Part shown: piece after piece, positions 38,750-51,872 of the stretch
How positions within the stretch are numbered: position 1 is the stretch's first letter
How the letters are laid out: each line of letters starts with the position of its first letter
Assembly: GCA_023515725.1 (NCBI GenBank)
Contig: JALDTO010000162.1
Location: 110,018 to 162,401, forward strand
Source: Amoeboaphelidium protococcarum X5
Lineage: Eukaryota > Fungi > Aphelidiomycota
DNA: 52,384 nt
Reading direction: 5' to 3'
The notes under the pieces: model-generated
What the model was told of the DNA's origin: nothing
Databases searched by the model: none
The model's input: only the letters and a program-made list of their open reading frames with translations
Translations under genes and position numbers: made by a program

Positions 38750-40385
38750 ATGAAACGAAAGATGTCGACTAATTTGATCAAAATCTGGTGCGTTTTCGTC
38801 AAATTTAATGGGGATGCTCTGAGCTAGATTGGTCGCACCACAGGTGTGAAGGTACCGGAAAATGCTGATGTAGATGATTTATGCTAGGAAATTTGGAATG
38901 CGAATGCCCAGAGTATTTGCTAAGGCATATCTCCGGCTTAAGTATAGCTATTCAGGGACGCCAATAGTTTGAAGGAAGGAAAATCTATTGAACCTATTTT
39001 AAAAGTCTCTGATTTAGTTGATTGTGGAAGGTCATACGATAATCCACTGCTAGTTTGTTGGTCATAAAATGGGCCTTCGGTTGTCGCTAGCGACTTGGCA
39101 AAAGTGGTGGATACCATCTCTGCACCATCTTCTTTCAGCAAGTATAAGGGGAAGGGATCATGGGCATAGATACTTCCAAAGACTGGACATAATATAGTTT
39201 GTCATAGAGTTCCTGGAGAGATCGATACCCCACCTGTCTCTATTATATGCAAGCTGTTTGCTGTCTTTGTTGTGGATTTGGATGAAATTTATGTTGATGG
39301 TTAAGATTGCATGTTTGTGTACTAGCTGTGTGCTTCAATGTGTCGATCTTTCGATAACGAGAATGCGCGTCAAGTAGAATTTGCTAAGCATTTCTTGAAT
39401 TACACCGGATTTCGGCTAAATCCAGTGTCCTTTTAAAATTCGACATCAGACGGTTCATTGCAAAGCCCTGAGGGTCCTCTCTATTGTAATTTAGAAGTTA
39501 AGGTTGAGAAGGGCGAAGGTGGTGGGGATCCTTACATGAAAGGAATAGCTTATTACGTCAAAAGTCTTTCAGATGTCGTATAAAACAGGTAATCCTCAAT
39601 AATGTAGTATCCTTGTCTGCATTTGGAGTTATGTGGAACTGCCTTTTTTGTGAGTGGTATAGTTAACACGAAATCCTTGGTGATATGCGATCCTTTAGGT
39701 CCATCTTACTAACTTCTGTGCAATCCTGAAGAGCATACCGTGGTAAAAATCGCCAGAATGTTTGCAGCCGTAAAAAAGTATCTTTAGTGTGGTGGCCAAT
39801 ATTATCAGCAATCCATTTTTAGCTACATAGGTTCCCTATCCAAAGCAAGCTGTTAATGGTAATAAAGTGCTATTTGAGTTTGAGTACAAGTTAGAAATGG
39901 ATCCCATGATGTATGAGGCACAAATAAAAAGTACGGACACGATGGTCATTGTAAAGTTTTGCACCAAGTATAACGAAGAAGTCCATCGCTTTTGTCACTA
40001 GCATGGATTTGCACCAAATCTGTATTCGGTCAGTAGAGTGGGGCATTATTTTATGGTGGTTATGGAAAAGTTGGATATGCGCCGTATTCGAATTGATGAT
40101 AGAAAGAATCCGTCTCTAATTACTCAGGCTAAACACATTATCTCAACACTGCAGTAGAAAGGTTATGTACATGGTGATATGAGAGAGACCAACGTGTTGA
40201 TTCGCACAGACACTGAGCAGCTCGTGCTGATTGACTATGACTGGGCAGGAGTTCATGGAGTGTCTGTATACGCGCCATTTTTGAATATGGACGAGATCGC
40301 GTGGCCTCCAGGTGTTGAACCGGGCAAACCAATGCTGATGGAACATGATGAGTGTCTAATGCGACGCCTCTTCAATATTGGTTGA
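38750..40385 (+). pseudogene. Crinkler (CRN)-type effector: Ubl-like N-terminal domain + PD-(D/E)xK nuclease-like domain + kinase; +1 frameshift near 39816-39820
   Basis: IWCVFV...VPENADVDDL...ISPA(Q)V(Q)LFR...GRSYDNPLLV; SAPSSF; SDGSL...NLEVKVEKGEGGGDPY; then in the +1 frame VPYP, IVKFCTKYNEEVH, GFAPNL, MVVMEKL, YVHGDMRETNVL, LIDYDWAG. The span is 1636 nt (3n+1). Confidence 0.82.
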
Positions 40386-40707
40386 GCATATTCAGCGACT
40401 CGTTGATCTTATAAATTTAAGTCGGTCAGCGTGGCTATCCATTTTTCTATATCAGTATTTAGGTGACTATACACTGTACTGTATATGGGACACAATACGT
40501 GCATCAGTTTCAGTGCTCTTACACATTAGTCTAGAATCACCCACCACTTAGTGTGTGCTAGATACCTCTGAAACGAAGCGCGTTACCTTTTCCCGACCAT
40601 CGCCGTTTGACTTCAGTTTAGCTCTCTGCGGTTTACTTTTTGTTATTAAAGTTGATATACTTGCTGGTTGTTAATAAAAGGCCATCCCTATCACCTTTAT
40701 TAACATT

Positions 40708-42666
40708 ATGAAGACTTTTGCGCTATAGTCTAACTTGCCGAGACTGCCTATTCCGTCCTTGGAAAAGACAGTTGCAAAGTACTTGCAATCATTGAAGCCA
40801 ATTCTGCGGGCTGAGTAAGTGCAACAGACCAACAAGATTGCTGCCAATTTTCTAAGTGGCCAAGGTGCCGTGCTGTAGTAAAGACTTGTAGAATACGAAA
40901 AGTCTTAGAAGAACGGCTGGCTAGAAGACTTGTGGTATAAGAAAGCTTATCTGGAGTGGAATGATCCTATTATGCTCAATGTCAACTGGTGGTTAGAGTT
41001 TCGCGACTATCACCCATCATTGTATGCACAGAAACACCCCGTCGGCCAATTGAAGAAAGTCTATGATGATCAGCAGGGTAATAAGTACTCTGGTTTATAG
41101 CTAATGCGTGCAAGTAATATGATCAATTCACTGCTTGATTTTAAGGAGACTGTGGAGATGGAGGAAATGCCGCCAGAAACTCTGGGCAAACGCTAGATCC
41201 CATTATGTATGAACTAGTATACTATGCAGTTTCAAGTAACGAGAATCCCCAATCGTGGATGTGACATTATAAAGCACCAGTTTCCTTCCACAGCTAAGCA
41301 TATCATCGTCATGATCCGCGATTTCATTTTCAAAGTTGCTGTTATCGGCCCGGATGGTGAACGCTTATCGAATGGCTAGGTCTTTCAGCAGTTGGAGAAT
41401 TGTGTTGATCAAGTAGTGTAAGCCAGTACCGAGAATAATGCAGCCCAGATCGGAATACTTACCAGTTAGGACAGATGGGTATGGTCAGATGTGAGACAGG
41501 CGCTGGGCAAGTTATCTGACTAGAATTAGACAAATCTTGATCTTATCGATAATTCACTGTTCTCTGTATGTCTGGATGGATTCTCATTCACGGATTAAAA
41601 TGATCTTATGACTGCCATCCAGTCCAAAGTGTAAGATTCTCACAGTGTTGCAGGAAACCCACTTAAGGTTGATCTTGACTCTAGTCATAGAGTCATTTTC
41701 CATTCTAAAGGCGGTCGCAACAGATGGTTTGACAAGAGCTTGAGCTTGGTGTTTATGAATGATGGTCACGGAGGTGTTAATGGAGAGCACTCGCCGTCCG
41801 ATGCTGTGATTCCGGCCAAGATATTTGAGAAAGTGCTGGGTGAAGAATTGACAAGATAAGACCGTGGTGGTAATGAGGTGAGCGTAGATCAGCCTCAATT
41901 GCTCTCTTGGGACACTAATTAGACCATTAAGAAAGCAATTAGCTCTGCACAGGAACGCGCTGAACAAGACATTGCCGACATAGATAGCGTACTACTTCAT
42001 TTCAGAGCTTACGGTGGTAAATAGATCAAGGTCAATGCTCTATGTGGACCAGATGCGTATGTTCAAATGATAATGTAACTTGCCTATTTCCGCACGTATT
42101 CACAGTGTTGTCCAACGTATGAGAGTGCTTCAACTCGCCAATTCTTGATGGGCAGGACGGAGACCATACGCGCTTGCTCTGAGGAGTCTTTGAACTGGTG
42201 CAAGGCGTTCGATGATGAGAACGTATCAATTGAAGATAAATGGTCTCTGTTTGCTGCTGCGGCAAGACAACATACCAGGTACACCATCGATGCCTCCAAT
42301 GGCCAGGGCGTGGATAGACATCTGCTTGGCTTGAGATGTATGCTCTAGAAAGGTGAGTCGAGTGAATTCTTCTAGGATCCATCCTATTTGCAGTCGATGA
42401 ACTTTAAGCTAAGCTCTTCCAATGTATCTCCTTCACAAGATTTGCTCTATGGTGGATTTGGTCCTGTAGTTGCTGATGGATACGGAATCAATTATGGAAT
42501 ATCTGGTGACAATTTGAGGTTTAGTATCAGCTGCAGAAGAAATTCAGGCAAGACTGAGGTTAGATCCTTCCGTAAAATGTTGGAGACAACTCTGCTGGAT
42601 GTAATGAAGTTTATGGAGGAGAATCCATCACCGGAAGTGACCGCTGCCAAAGAAAATGCTAAATGA
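40708..42666 (+). CDS. Carnitine O-acyltransferase (CRAT/CROT family), 652 aa
   Basis: KTFAL(Q)SNLPRLPIPSLEKT, PLCMN(Q)Y, NRWFDKSL, NGEHSPSDA, PTYESASTRQFLMGRTET, GVDRHLLGL, GGFGPVVADGYG. Confidence 0.94.
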
Positions 42667-42834
42667 ATACAATGGTATCCATCCATCTGTCTATCCTTTT
42701 TGAAAAGCTTTTATAATCCCACACAAATTCACCGACTTCTCGAAATAATACCAAATAATATTATATCATATCGGAATCAACCATTTAATCACAAAAAATA
42801 ATTTTAAACCTTCCATTCACCATAAAAGTCTTGA

Positions 42835-45249
42835 TCAATTGTAGCCAGCATGTTTGGTCAGATGCACTTGGAATAGACCGCGTATGTCCACCAACGTCTC
42901 CCTAGCCAGGTCCCATTCAATCTGTGGAATCCAGACATCAAAAATCTGAATAAGCTATTCCAACTTTTCCCTTCCCCTCTGATACTCGCAGCCATCTTAA
43001 CAGAACCGCTGGTACTGATGAGGATGTATATGAGCATTACATTCATCTGAGAGAGTATTAGCATTGTAGCCTTCCTGATTTTGGAATGAGAAATGGCACT
43101 ACACCGTATCAGTTACATCACCTCCATATCTGTGGCCTAAATCTCGCTCACGTTCAATAGAAATTGATTGTATAATGCGCCAACAGAGAGACATAATACT
43201 GTATTTGATATCTTGTCGACTGACACCCCAGGCGATGAGATTAAACGAGTTGCGGATGATAGTGGCCAAAGTCTGAGCATTGAAACACTCTGGGTATAAA
43301 GTGGCTGTGAGAGCACATACCGTGACTGCAAGTCTAATAGGCTCCAGTGCACGTCGCGCCTGGCTTGGAGACAATATCTACAGGCCATGGTGATGATCGT
43401 TATCGCGCATGGCATCTTCCTGCTCCAAATTATTCGCATTGCGTCTAGGCAACACATTAACACGTTGATTATCCTGATTTAAAGGCTACTAACCATCATT
43501 CAGAGGCTCTCGACCATTCAAATTCATATCTTGTATAAGGTCTCTATCCTGTGTATTAGCATCATCCGGCGGATTCCGCACCATGACATCGTCTTCCTAC
43601 ACAACATGATCAAAGCTCTCCTAGATCTTATCCCTCATGGATCGTGCCTCATCAGATACAATTTTAACGAATCTTTACACCAACATGACATGTTTCTAGT
43701 CTTCATACCTCTGACCATTTATGTATTTATTATGATTCTGGTGAGAAGTATTGGGCAAATTATCAAATCTGATACTGTCATCATCAGCAGGAGCCACATA
43801 ACGCAAAAGGCCAGGAAGTGATTCAAATAACTTGTCCACCTACACAACAGTTCGCTTCTTGTGGTATTTCTCCTTCTATATCCAAAATAGGGAGCGTATC
43901 AGAGAAGGAAGTAGATGCTGATTGCTCATGAGCATACCACTGGAATGTAGCATCCGTATAATGTACTTGCTGTTATCTGGTATCTTGATCTCCTGGCAAG
44001 AGAGCGGAAGATCCAAGTGAGATTTATCATACATACCAATTACGATGGATAAGGACCGATACATTATAGAAGTCAAATGCTGACCGTGATATGACTACAA
44101 CTTACTATCACCGCTTAATTGAGCAGTCTAATGCAAATGATACCGTAAGAGACTGGCCACTATCCACTTTAAATCATCGTGATACTATAGAGGCACAAAC
44201 TTCTTTCTCTTACTGAGCAATCGATAAAAGCTCTTTCTAACCAGCTCTAAATCTTCATTATTACTCCCCTAACTCTAATCTTACATGGCCGCGCTACTAC
44301 CTGTCCCATTATCAGCATCCTTCGTACAATTCAAACCGAACAAGTGCCGATTCCATTCAGACCAAGATAGGATGTTGAACTGTAATTTAACAGCAGGTGC
44401 TCGCTTCATATAAGCACCAACGTGTCTCAGTTAAAGGTAACGGTGCAGCGGATGACAGCTAGACATTGATAACGCGGCGACTTTATTCATGGCTTTACAA
44501 CTCTTATTAACCTGCTAAACAGCCCTCAGATCAAGAAGAGGAATGATATGGTACACAAGAATCTCCGCTGGTAATGAGAGCAGACAAGTCTTGTCATTTC
44601 GACGCTCCCTATCCAATAGATTATCAACACTCTTCAAATCATGATTATAACTAACAGAATCCAGATCCATCGCACCGCTTATAGCACCTTGTGTGAATGC
44701 AGAATCATCATCAAAGTCTAAATCTTGAATTCTCTAATGATCCCCTACAAAATTATTATCATCTTCTTCATCATCAGAGTCCACAGTCATCATTCCATCA
44801 GCTAGTAATTATAAATTTGATCGGCTTTAATCAGTGTCAAAAGTTGCAGCAGCAGTACCAGCAGTGATAGAGATGTGATGCTATAAGCCTTCATCTGGCC
44901 CGGGCAATAAATCCACCAATGGCTATTATTACGATTATCCCGTTTAATTACCAATAGAAGAATCCATTTCCCTCTAATTACCATCATCATATACAATATC
45001 ATCATCTCCGCTACCCGCTGCCGATATTGGAGGCGAATCATCAGCCTTAATCAACTGTTGATGTCTTAATTCCTATTCTCCTTGCTAATCTATCTGAATA
45101 TTGGCGGTACTTTCATAAGACTAGCTGTTATGACTTTGAGACGACGATGATGATGAAGATTATTCGCCATTATTTCTATTCCGCTTTCTAGAATCATTAT
45201 ACGGATTTCTTCTATTCTACCCACGATCCGCCCGTCTACTCCTAGTCAT
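42835..45249 (-). CDS. F-box protein with low-complexity N-terminus, 804 aa
   Basis: LLSLPAEILVYHIIPLLDLRAV(Q)QVNKSCK at about 44500-44605; ATG-TGA length in frame and in frame with track ORF 43099-43374. Confidence 0.75.
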
Positions 45250-45743
45250 ATTACTACTCTTCCCTAATTATTATAATAACTCCTAACAATCGTTTACCGC
45301 CTGAGTGAATGATTAATGTCAACGTTATGCTCTTACGCAGAAACGGACGACGCGGCACCGGGGAAAACAATCCAGAAAGAACGAACGAACGCTCGGCTGA
45401 AAAGAGCACTGTGAGAAGGTGAGAGAGAACAAGATCATAGGAGAGATAGTATTGGCATTAATATGAAGATAATTTAATAGAGCTCTTTATCTTACTTAAG
45501 TTAATATTTTTAGTTCTCTGTTTATGACTAGAACTTTTAAATGTATAATCCAAGTATTTAATTCCAAGTTGATACGCGCTTGAGTGCAAAGAGCCTTTAA
45601 AGACTCTAGTCATTTGATGACGTTGATTACACACACTCCTTGAAATTTCAATTCAAAATTTTATATCAAGAAATTGATTAGTTTATAATAAAAATAATAA
45701 TAAATTAAGATTGATTATTATAGATAGAGCATAATCTAGCGAT

Positions 45744-46847
45744 ATGGAGAAAACTGTAGATAAATTGACATCGTAGTATCCTAGTTTATCGTATGAGTTA
45801 GTGTACAGCATAGTGGCGGAGTATTACCCAGAAATCGAGAGTATAGACTCGTTATTATCGTAGTTGCAAGAGTAATAATAATCTGCAGTAAACTCACAGC
45901 GATCATGGTCTTCTATTGTTGTATCTTAATAACAATAATAATCTTCTTCATCATCCTCTTCATAGCTGTCCACTCACCAGGATAGAGATGCGTCGCTTAT
46001 CATGCTCATGCAAGAGTTTCCAGATGCGGATGTTGAATTGATGTACAATCTCCTGGCTGATAACCTCGGCAATATTGAAAAGAGCAGGAGAGATCTGTAG
46101 ATTCTTGTGAATGGGTGACAACCAGATTGCGAAGATGTGGATTAGAGTAGTAGTAACGGCAACAGTTTGCAAGTACGAAGATCTAAAGACGCAATCAAGA
46201 CATCTTCATAACCGAGTAGTGCTCCAACTTCTCCTGCAATGGCATAGTTACTATCATCATAATCTGACTCTTTATAATTCTCGGCGCGACCACAATAGAG
46301 CCTTAAATTCAAGATTGAGGATATGGTTAGGTAGTATTATTACTCGGGAAATAGGGATGGTGGTCGCGTAAACAATTTCTAATACGCCGCTGCGAACTGG
46401 TAGTAAAGCTCTTCTAGAATGATTGAAAATTAAATTAAAGCTGGTAAAGCTATCAGATAAAAGCAGTATGCAGTCGCTGGCTATTACGGCGATGAGAATT
46501 AAAAGATGCGAGATGACACTCTCAGATCACAAGTGTATGCTACGTTGAAGACTGTTGAAATGCAGAGCACCTAGTTTACTCTGGATCTTCATCATTGTTC
46601 AGTCAATGAAGCGGTGGCAATTGTCGATTTCAAGTTGAGTGAATGGTTTAGTACACACAGAATCCCTGGTAATTTGCTGTGCGCTAAAGAATTCCAAATT
46701 GTGGTTGGTCGCGGTACGCATTCCACCAGCAGGCGATCACGGTTGAAGCCAGCTGTGTAGTATTACCTTACGAATAACTAATGGAAACATCAACTTGATA
46801 GTAGCGGTTCGACGTTTATAATTTCAGGTAAAACTTTAAGTAGATGA
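45744..46847 (+). CDS. CUE + Smr endonuclease domain protein (Cue2/N4BP2-like), 367 aa
   Basis: CUE LMQEFPDADVELMYNLL; Smr TLDLHHCSVNEAVAIV, IVVGRGTHS, LKPAV. Confidence 0.85.
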
Positions 46848-46925
46848 CTAATTAAGTAGTTATAATAATAACAATAGATTTCTATTATCTTTTTGCAGAT
46901 CAGCTGCGGTACTCACTTCTCTTGA

Positions 46926-48491
46926 TCACTTGACGCAACCATCTGGAAACTTGATGCACAAGCTTTGACACTTGAATCGCCACGCAGTAAACATTTAGTA
47001 CAGAAATTTGCTGCCTCGAGACGCGTTTTACTCCTGGTAGGCATCCATCATGGCCTTCTCTTCCTCTTTAGCCATCTGACCATGCTCTGACTTGTCCATT
47101 CCGCACATCAGGCTACCTTCAGTAAAATGGTAAAATGATCTACATGATGCGGAAGAGTACAAGTAGCCACCATGAGGACACTCTTACGCTTCTTTAGATC
47201 CCGGTATTCCACAGCGTCCCCAATACATTTATGCTTGGCAATTTTCACCATTCTAATTAGTACTTTAACTAAGTGGAAGAAGAACTTATGTCTGGTTGAC
47301 GCGCTGTATGTTTTGCTTACTAACATCCACAAACCGAGCGTACGTGAACGTATTGATCGAGATTGGCACTATAATAAGGAGAGCTGTAATGGCACCAATA
47401 AGCAGCGGGACTATAAGTGAGCCCGTAGTCATAGTTATCATAACCCAAAACGCAAATATAACAGGTGGCAGCATTCTCTTTTTAATCTACACCTCACGGA
47501 ATGATGATTGCAACTGATCTTCATGATGGTCGTCACTCTTTGGTTATGGAGCTTGATAGCACTGAGACACCAACCGACACTGATACATAAAAGTTTTATT
47601 ACTATTGCTAGCTATAACATCTTATATACACGAATTTTGATGATTATTAACCATGCCTGAGGTTGAACATTATTGATAATCAACAAAAACCTTCTCAATC
47701 TTCACCTTGGGCACTGTATAATTTACACGACTATGAGACCAATAGGATTAACAACTCAGCAACTGTCCATATATGTTAAAGCACGTCACATTGTGCGGCA
47801 ATTACGCGTCACTGCCTGATAGAGACATCCAACTGGAATATCTTAGAGCAATTGCCTTTTAAATATCCTTCATAATCTTTCTATTAGAGTAACATTCAGT
47901 AATCTCCTAACAATCACCAGCATTGATAACGCATTCTTCTATTTTATAATCTGAAAGCGCCGACCAGCCGCTTATGCATTACTATCGTTACGACAGGACT
48001 AGTTATCCAATTTTAGACAATTTGTTCACACTGCGGATATCATCATTACACAGGGAATCCGTTTGCTATTATACGCGTCGACACTTGTCTTCATTTAGAT
48101 AGATCTGCTACTTGTAGACTCCAGTGTAAACAGTGATAAATCTTTCCATAGATATCATGTCAAGCTCCTCATTGCCAGATATAAGGTCCCATATCCTACT
48201 CAATTACCGCCTAGATGGCTTCTAATCAACAATATTATCGAATCCAGTGAATGTGCTACTAGAGCTATTTTATCGTCCAGCCGATTATAAATAATCCAAA
48301 AATTAAGATTTACTAATGAGAGTATTACTACTGTTGGACGCAGCGATTGCTCTAAATGTATTCACCAAAGAGTCGTTCATATGCTGCGGTGATGCAAAAT
48401 TCAATTCCATCAAGTTGGTCCATCGAGCACAATACACACCGATTGCGGTATTCAGGCAGTATATTAACATCAATTCCCATCGCGTAATCAT
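46926..48491 (-). CDS. Hypothetical secreted or membrane Cys-rich glycoprotein, 521 aa
   Basis: One frame from ATG 48491 to TGA 46926; hydrophobic N-terminus, many Cys and NxS/T sites, IKKR followed by ~40 hydrophobic residues. Confidence 0.7.
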
Positions 48492-49065
48492 ATCTATTTT
48501 TTGTCGTGGACCTTAATTATCTCTGGCATTACAGTAGCGATAAAAAGCTACGGCAATTGACAGGGGGGATTATAATGTTGAAGACGCGTCGCGATTGAAT
48601 TGCAAGGGGCTACTGATTGACTGAAGTACTGTAGGAGAAGACTGTATACCAAGTAAATCATATAGAATTAGGTGTCTCAAAGAATATAGAATGCTGTAAA
48701 ATCTTTTTATATTACTAGCTAATATATATCACATGGCAGTAAAACATGTCAAGATGATATCACTCCAGTGCACACGAAACGAGGATCTTTGTAGATAGAT
48801 GGCAGATATTGATTGATTGATATTTACCGTCTACTGTATCTGTCTTTGCGGTGCCTAAAAAAAAGATTAGAACTAAAACTTCTTCATTGTGGTATTGATT
48901 ACGAGGATTTAAACAGCAGCAAGTTATGTTCAAAGTAGATAAATTAGAGTTTAAAAACAGTATACTGAGAGCGCGATAGCCGAATCAAACAAGAGAAATA
49001 GTTCATCCAACTAAATTTCACTTTCATTTGATAAAGACATTGCACACCAACATTTAATCGCTAAA

Positions 49066-50136
49066 ATGGATTTGACTCAGAGTGTTAGTCAATTAAAACA
49101 GCTCTTTCCACAAATTGATTCCACTATCATTGAGTTGATCTTGGAGAATACCGGTTGTAATCAAGAGTCTGCAATTGATCAGCTCTTGGCTTTAACTGAT
49201 GAGCGGACTGAAACAGCATTGCATGATGATTAAAGCTTGGATGCACCGTAACAGAATAGACAGCTTAAGCATATTGAGCAGATTACCTCCACTCCAATAG
49301 ATCAGCTTCTAGATGATGAACTATTTGCACTGGCTCTTTAAACTTAATTGGATCTGGATTCATCACAGAGTAATATTGATGAGGGGAGAAACAATGCTGA
49401 CTAAACTCGAATTGAAAATAATGATTTGAACCTTAACGAATCTACTAGAAACAAGGTTGCCGGAACACTATCTGTCAACTCAATAAATAAGAAATGGAGT
49501 TAGCTTACGGAATCAGCCAAGAGTATGGTGATGAAAACTTATAACAGCATGAGAACAGGACCACAAAAGGATAGAAAATCAAGTCCGCTGAAACAGTCTG
49601 ATCGGGAACCTTTCCTATTTGAGGCATTACTGGATGAATCTGAAACAGAGGAAGAGTCCTCAGTAGAAGACATGCCAGATAGTCGTTAGAATAAAGATCC
49701 AGCTTAACAAGATTTAAAAGTTTAACATACCGGCAATGATGGACTGGCAGTAAATTCTGACAAGAGCTTTATGATTTACAGTGAAACTCTGCCTGCTCCG
49801 TCTCCTGTCTCAGCGTAAGATTTATTTTTCGATCTAACGCCAGTCATAGCTAGTGGCACCTTTGCAGAAGATTTGGCACTTACAGATAATTATTCCTTAT
49901 AGAGCACGTAGTAATCCTAAACTATTGCTCCGGTAACATAAGATTAGAGACCGCGATAGTAACGACCGTTAGATTTGTAATCTCTGGGTTTCATGAGCAG
50001 TGCTGCTGGTTCGGATAATAGACAGGTGTCTAGCAATGACTTGGAATATGGCGGGTTCGTCGAAGCTGATCTGCGTGCCAAATCTAAAACTCCCAGTTCA
50101 ATGAATCGATTTTTTGTGTAAAACCGTGATAAATGA
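49066..50136 (+). CDS. CUE-domain ubiquitin-binding protein (Cue5/CUEDC1-like), 356 aa
   Basis: LKQLFPQIDSTIIELILE......SAIDQLLAL; QLLDDELFALAL(Q). Confidence 0.82.
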
Positions 50137-50243
50137 TGTCCAATATACTGTAACTGTGAGAATAGATTAAGGAGCAATTTCCCGCTTTCTTCAATCGAAA
50201 AACACTTGTTAACATTTGTACAAGCACTATTTCATACGTGACT

Positions 50244-51872
50244 ATGTTGGTCATTGTTTTTTTGTGTATTATATCTCTTTTTGTCAGGTGCAGTTCAGTG
50301 AGATCCTCATCAAATGGAGTTTTGGTCTATCTGAAAGCACCAAAGTCTGCGCGTATGGCGACGTTAGATCTAAACGCTCTATCGAGTATGACTAAGCCGT
50401 AGAGACGTTAAACTGTTTTCGATCATTATACTTTCGTCCATTAGGAGTCGCTGAATTAATTGAGTAATATTCTGGGCAATTAATTGTAAAGTACATAGTA
50501 TGAATCTTTATGGCTGGTGAATGCTTTGTACATTCGCGATTCGACTGCATAGCGCTCTGTAATTGATCTGATGTCAAGTTTTCCCCTGCATGATGTAGTA
50601 GATCGTGTGGAGCACAATAGCGTAATCGCTTAGATTGATTCGCCAATAGAACAGAATGCTGTACAGTCTGTGACAGAGTACGTTGACAAGGATGGTGTCC
50701 TATTGTCTCTTAAGTAGATCAACGTTGACAAAGTGTGGGACCGTTTTACGCGTGGCGATGGCGTCACTGTTGGACTGATTGACACTGGCGTAAATTTTAC
50801 TCATCCCGCACTGATTGATAACTACAGAGGCCATAACTCTTCGCATGATTATGCTTGGTTTGATCCAAAAGAGTTTCGAGATGACGACTTTTGGTGTGAT
50901 TTCAGAGATGTATGTTTGCCTGCTGAATGTTGCGCTGAACATCCCTTTGACATTGTTGGCCATGGTACTCACGTCGTCGGAACTATGGTTGGACGAGCTC
51001 TGAATGGAACAGTTGATAGTCCTTAGATTGGCGTGGCTCCTGGTAGTCAATGGATCGCTGCCAAAGGTTGTGTTGATGGCAGATGCTTCAAGTACGGATT
51101 AATCAAGAGCGCTGAGTGGATGCTTTGTCCCACAAAGATTGACGGTACTGAACCTCGCTGCGATCTCAGTCCTGATGTGGTGAATAACTCATGGGGATCG
51201 TAGAATCCTCGCGAGCGAATATTTGAGTAAATTGTTAGCGCTTGGAACTAGGCCGGAATCATATCAGTATTCGCTATCGGCAATAATGGTCCTAGCTGTT
51301 ACAGCACTAGTGCGCCTGGGAACTTTAACAATGTGTTCGGTGTCGCTGCGGTGGATGGAGATAATCGTTTGACCAAGTTTAGCTCGAGAGGTGCCGGATA
51401 TGAGTCAAACGAGGATGATGCTAATGGTGTCTTCAATCGTGATAAGCCAGATATAAGCGCTCCTGGTAAAAAGATTCTGTCGGCTGCTTCTACCGCTTAT
51501 AACAAGGGGCTGTACTAGGAAATGTCCGGCACATCGATGGCATCGCCTCATGTTGTAGGCGTCATAGCTCTGGTCCTCTCTGCTTTATCGAAGAATTTGG
51601 AATCCGGTTTGGTATTTCAGGAGTCTCCTAGAGCTGAAAGGAAGGGAATGGAGTTCAACTTGCTTAAGGAAGTAGTATTCTTAGCTGCAAATACCTCTGT
51701 TTTGACACCTGATGGTTTAGGTGGAAGAGTATTACCTCTTCCCATATTCCCGATCAGAAAAGAGTGTGATAGAAAAGGATTTGATGTGTGGCCTAATATG
51801 TTTTATGGTAATGGAGTTGTAGACGCTTTAAGAACTGTCACCGTGGCTTTGAATCGCCTGCGTGACGTGTGA
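50244..51872 (+). CDS. Secreted S8 subtilisin-like protease, bacillopeptidase F-like, 542 aa
   Basis: Signal peptide MLVIVFLCIISLF; prodomain SLWLVNAL; catalytic triad IDTGV, GHGTHVVGT, SGTSMASPH; HPALIDNYRG, YAWFDP, GVAPGSQWIAAKGC, WMLCPT, PDVVNNSWG. Confidence 0.93.

Noticed and set aside
42650-42666. Peroxisomal PTS1 on the carnitine acyltransferase
   Set aside because: The protein ends ...ENAK-stop, which is not an SKL/AKL-type signal, so localisation cannot be called.
45463-45714. 83-codon ATG-TGA ORF upstream of the CUE-Smr gene
   Set aside because: AT-rich with no motif; ORFs of this length arise by chance when only one stop codon exists.
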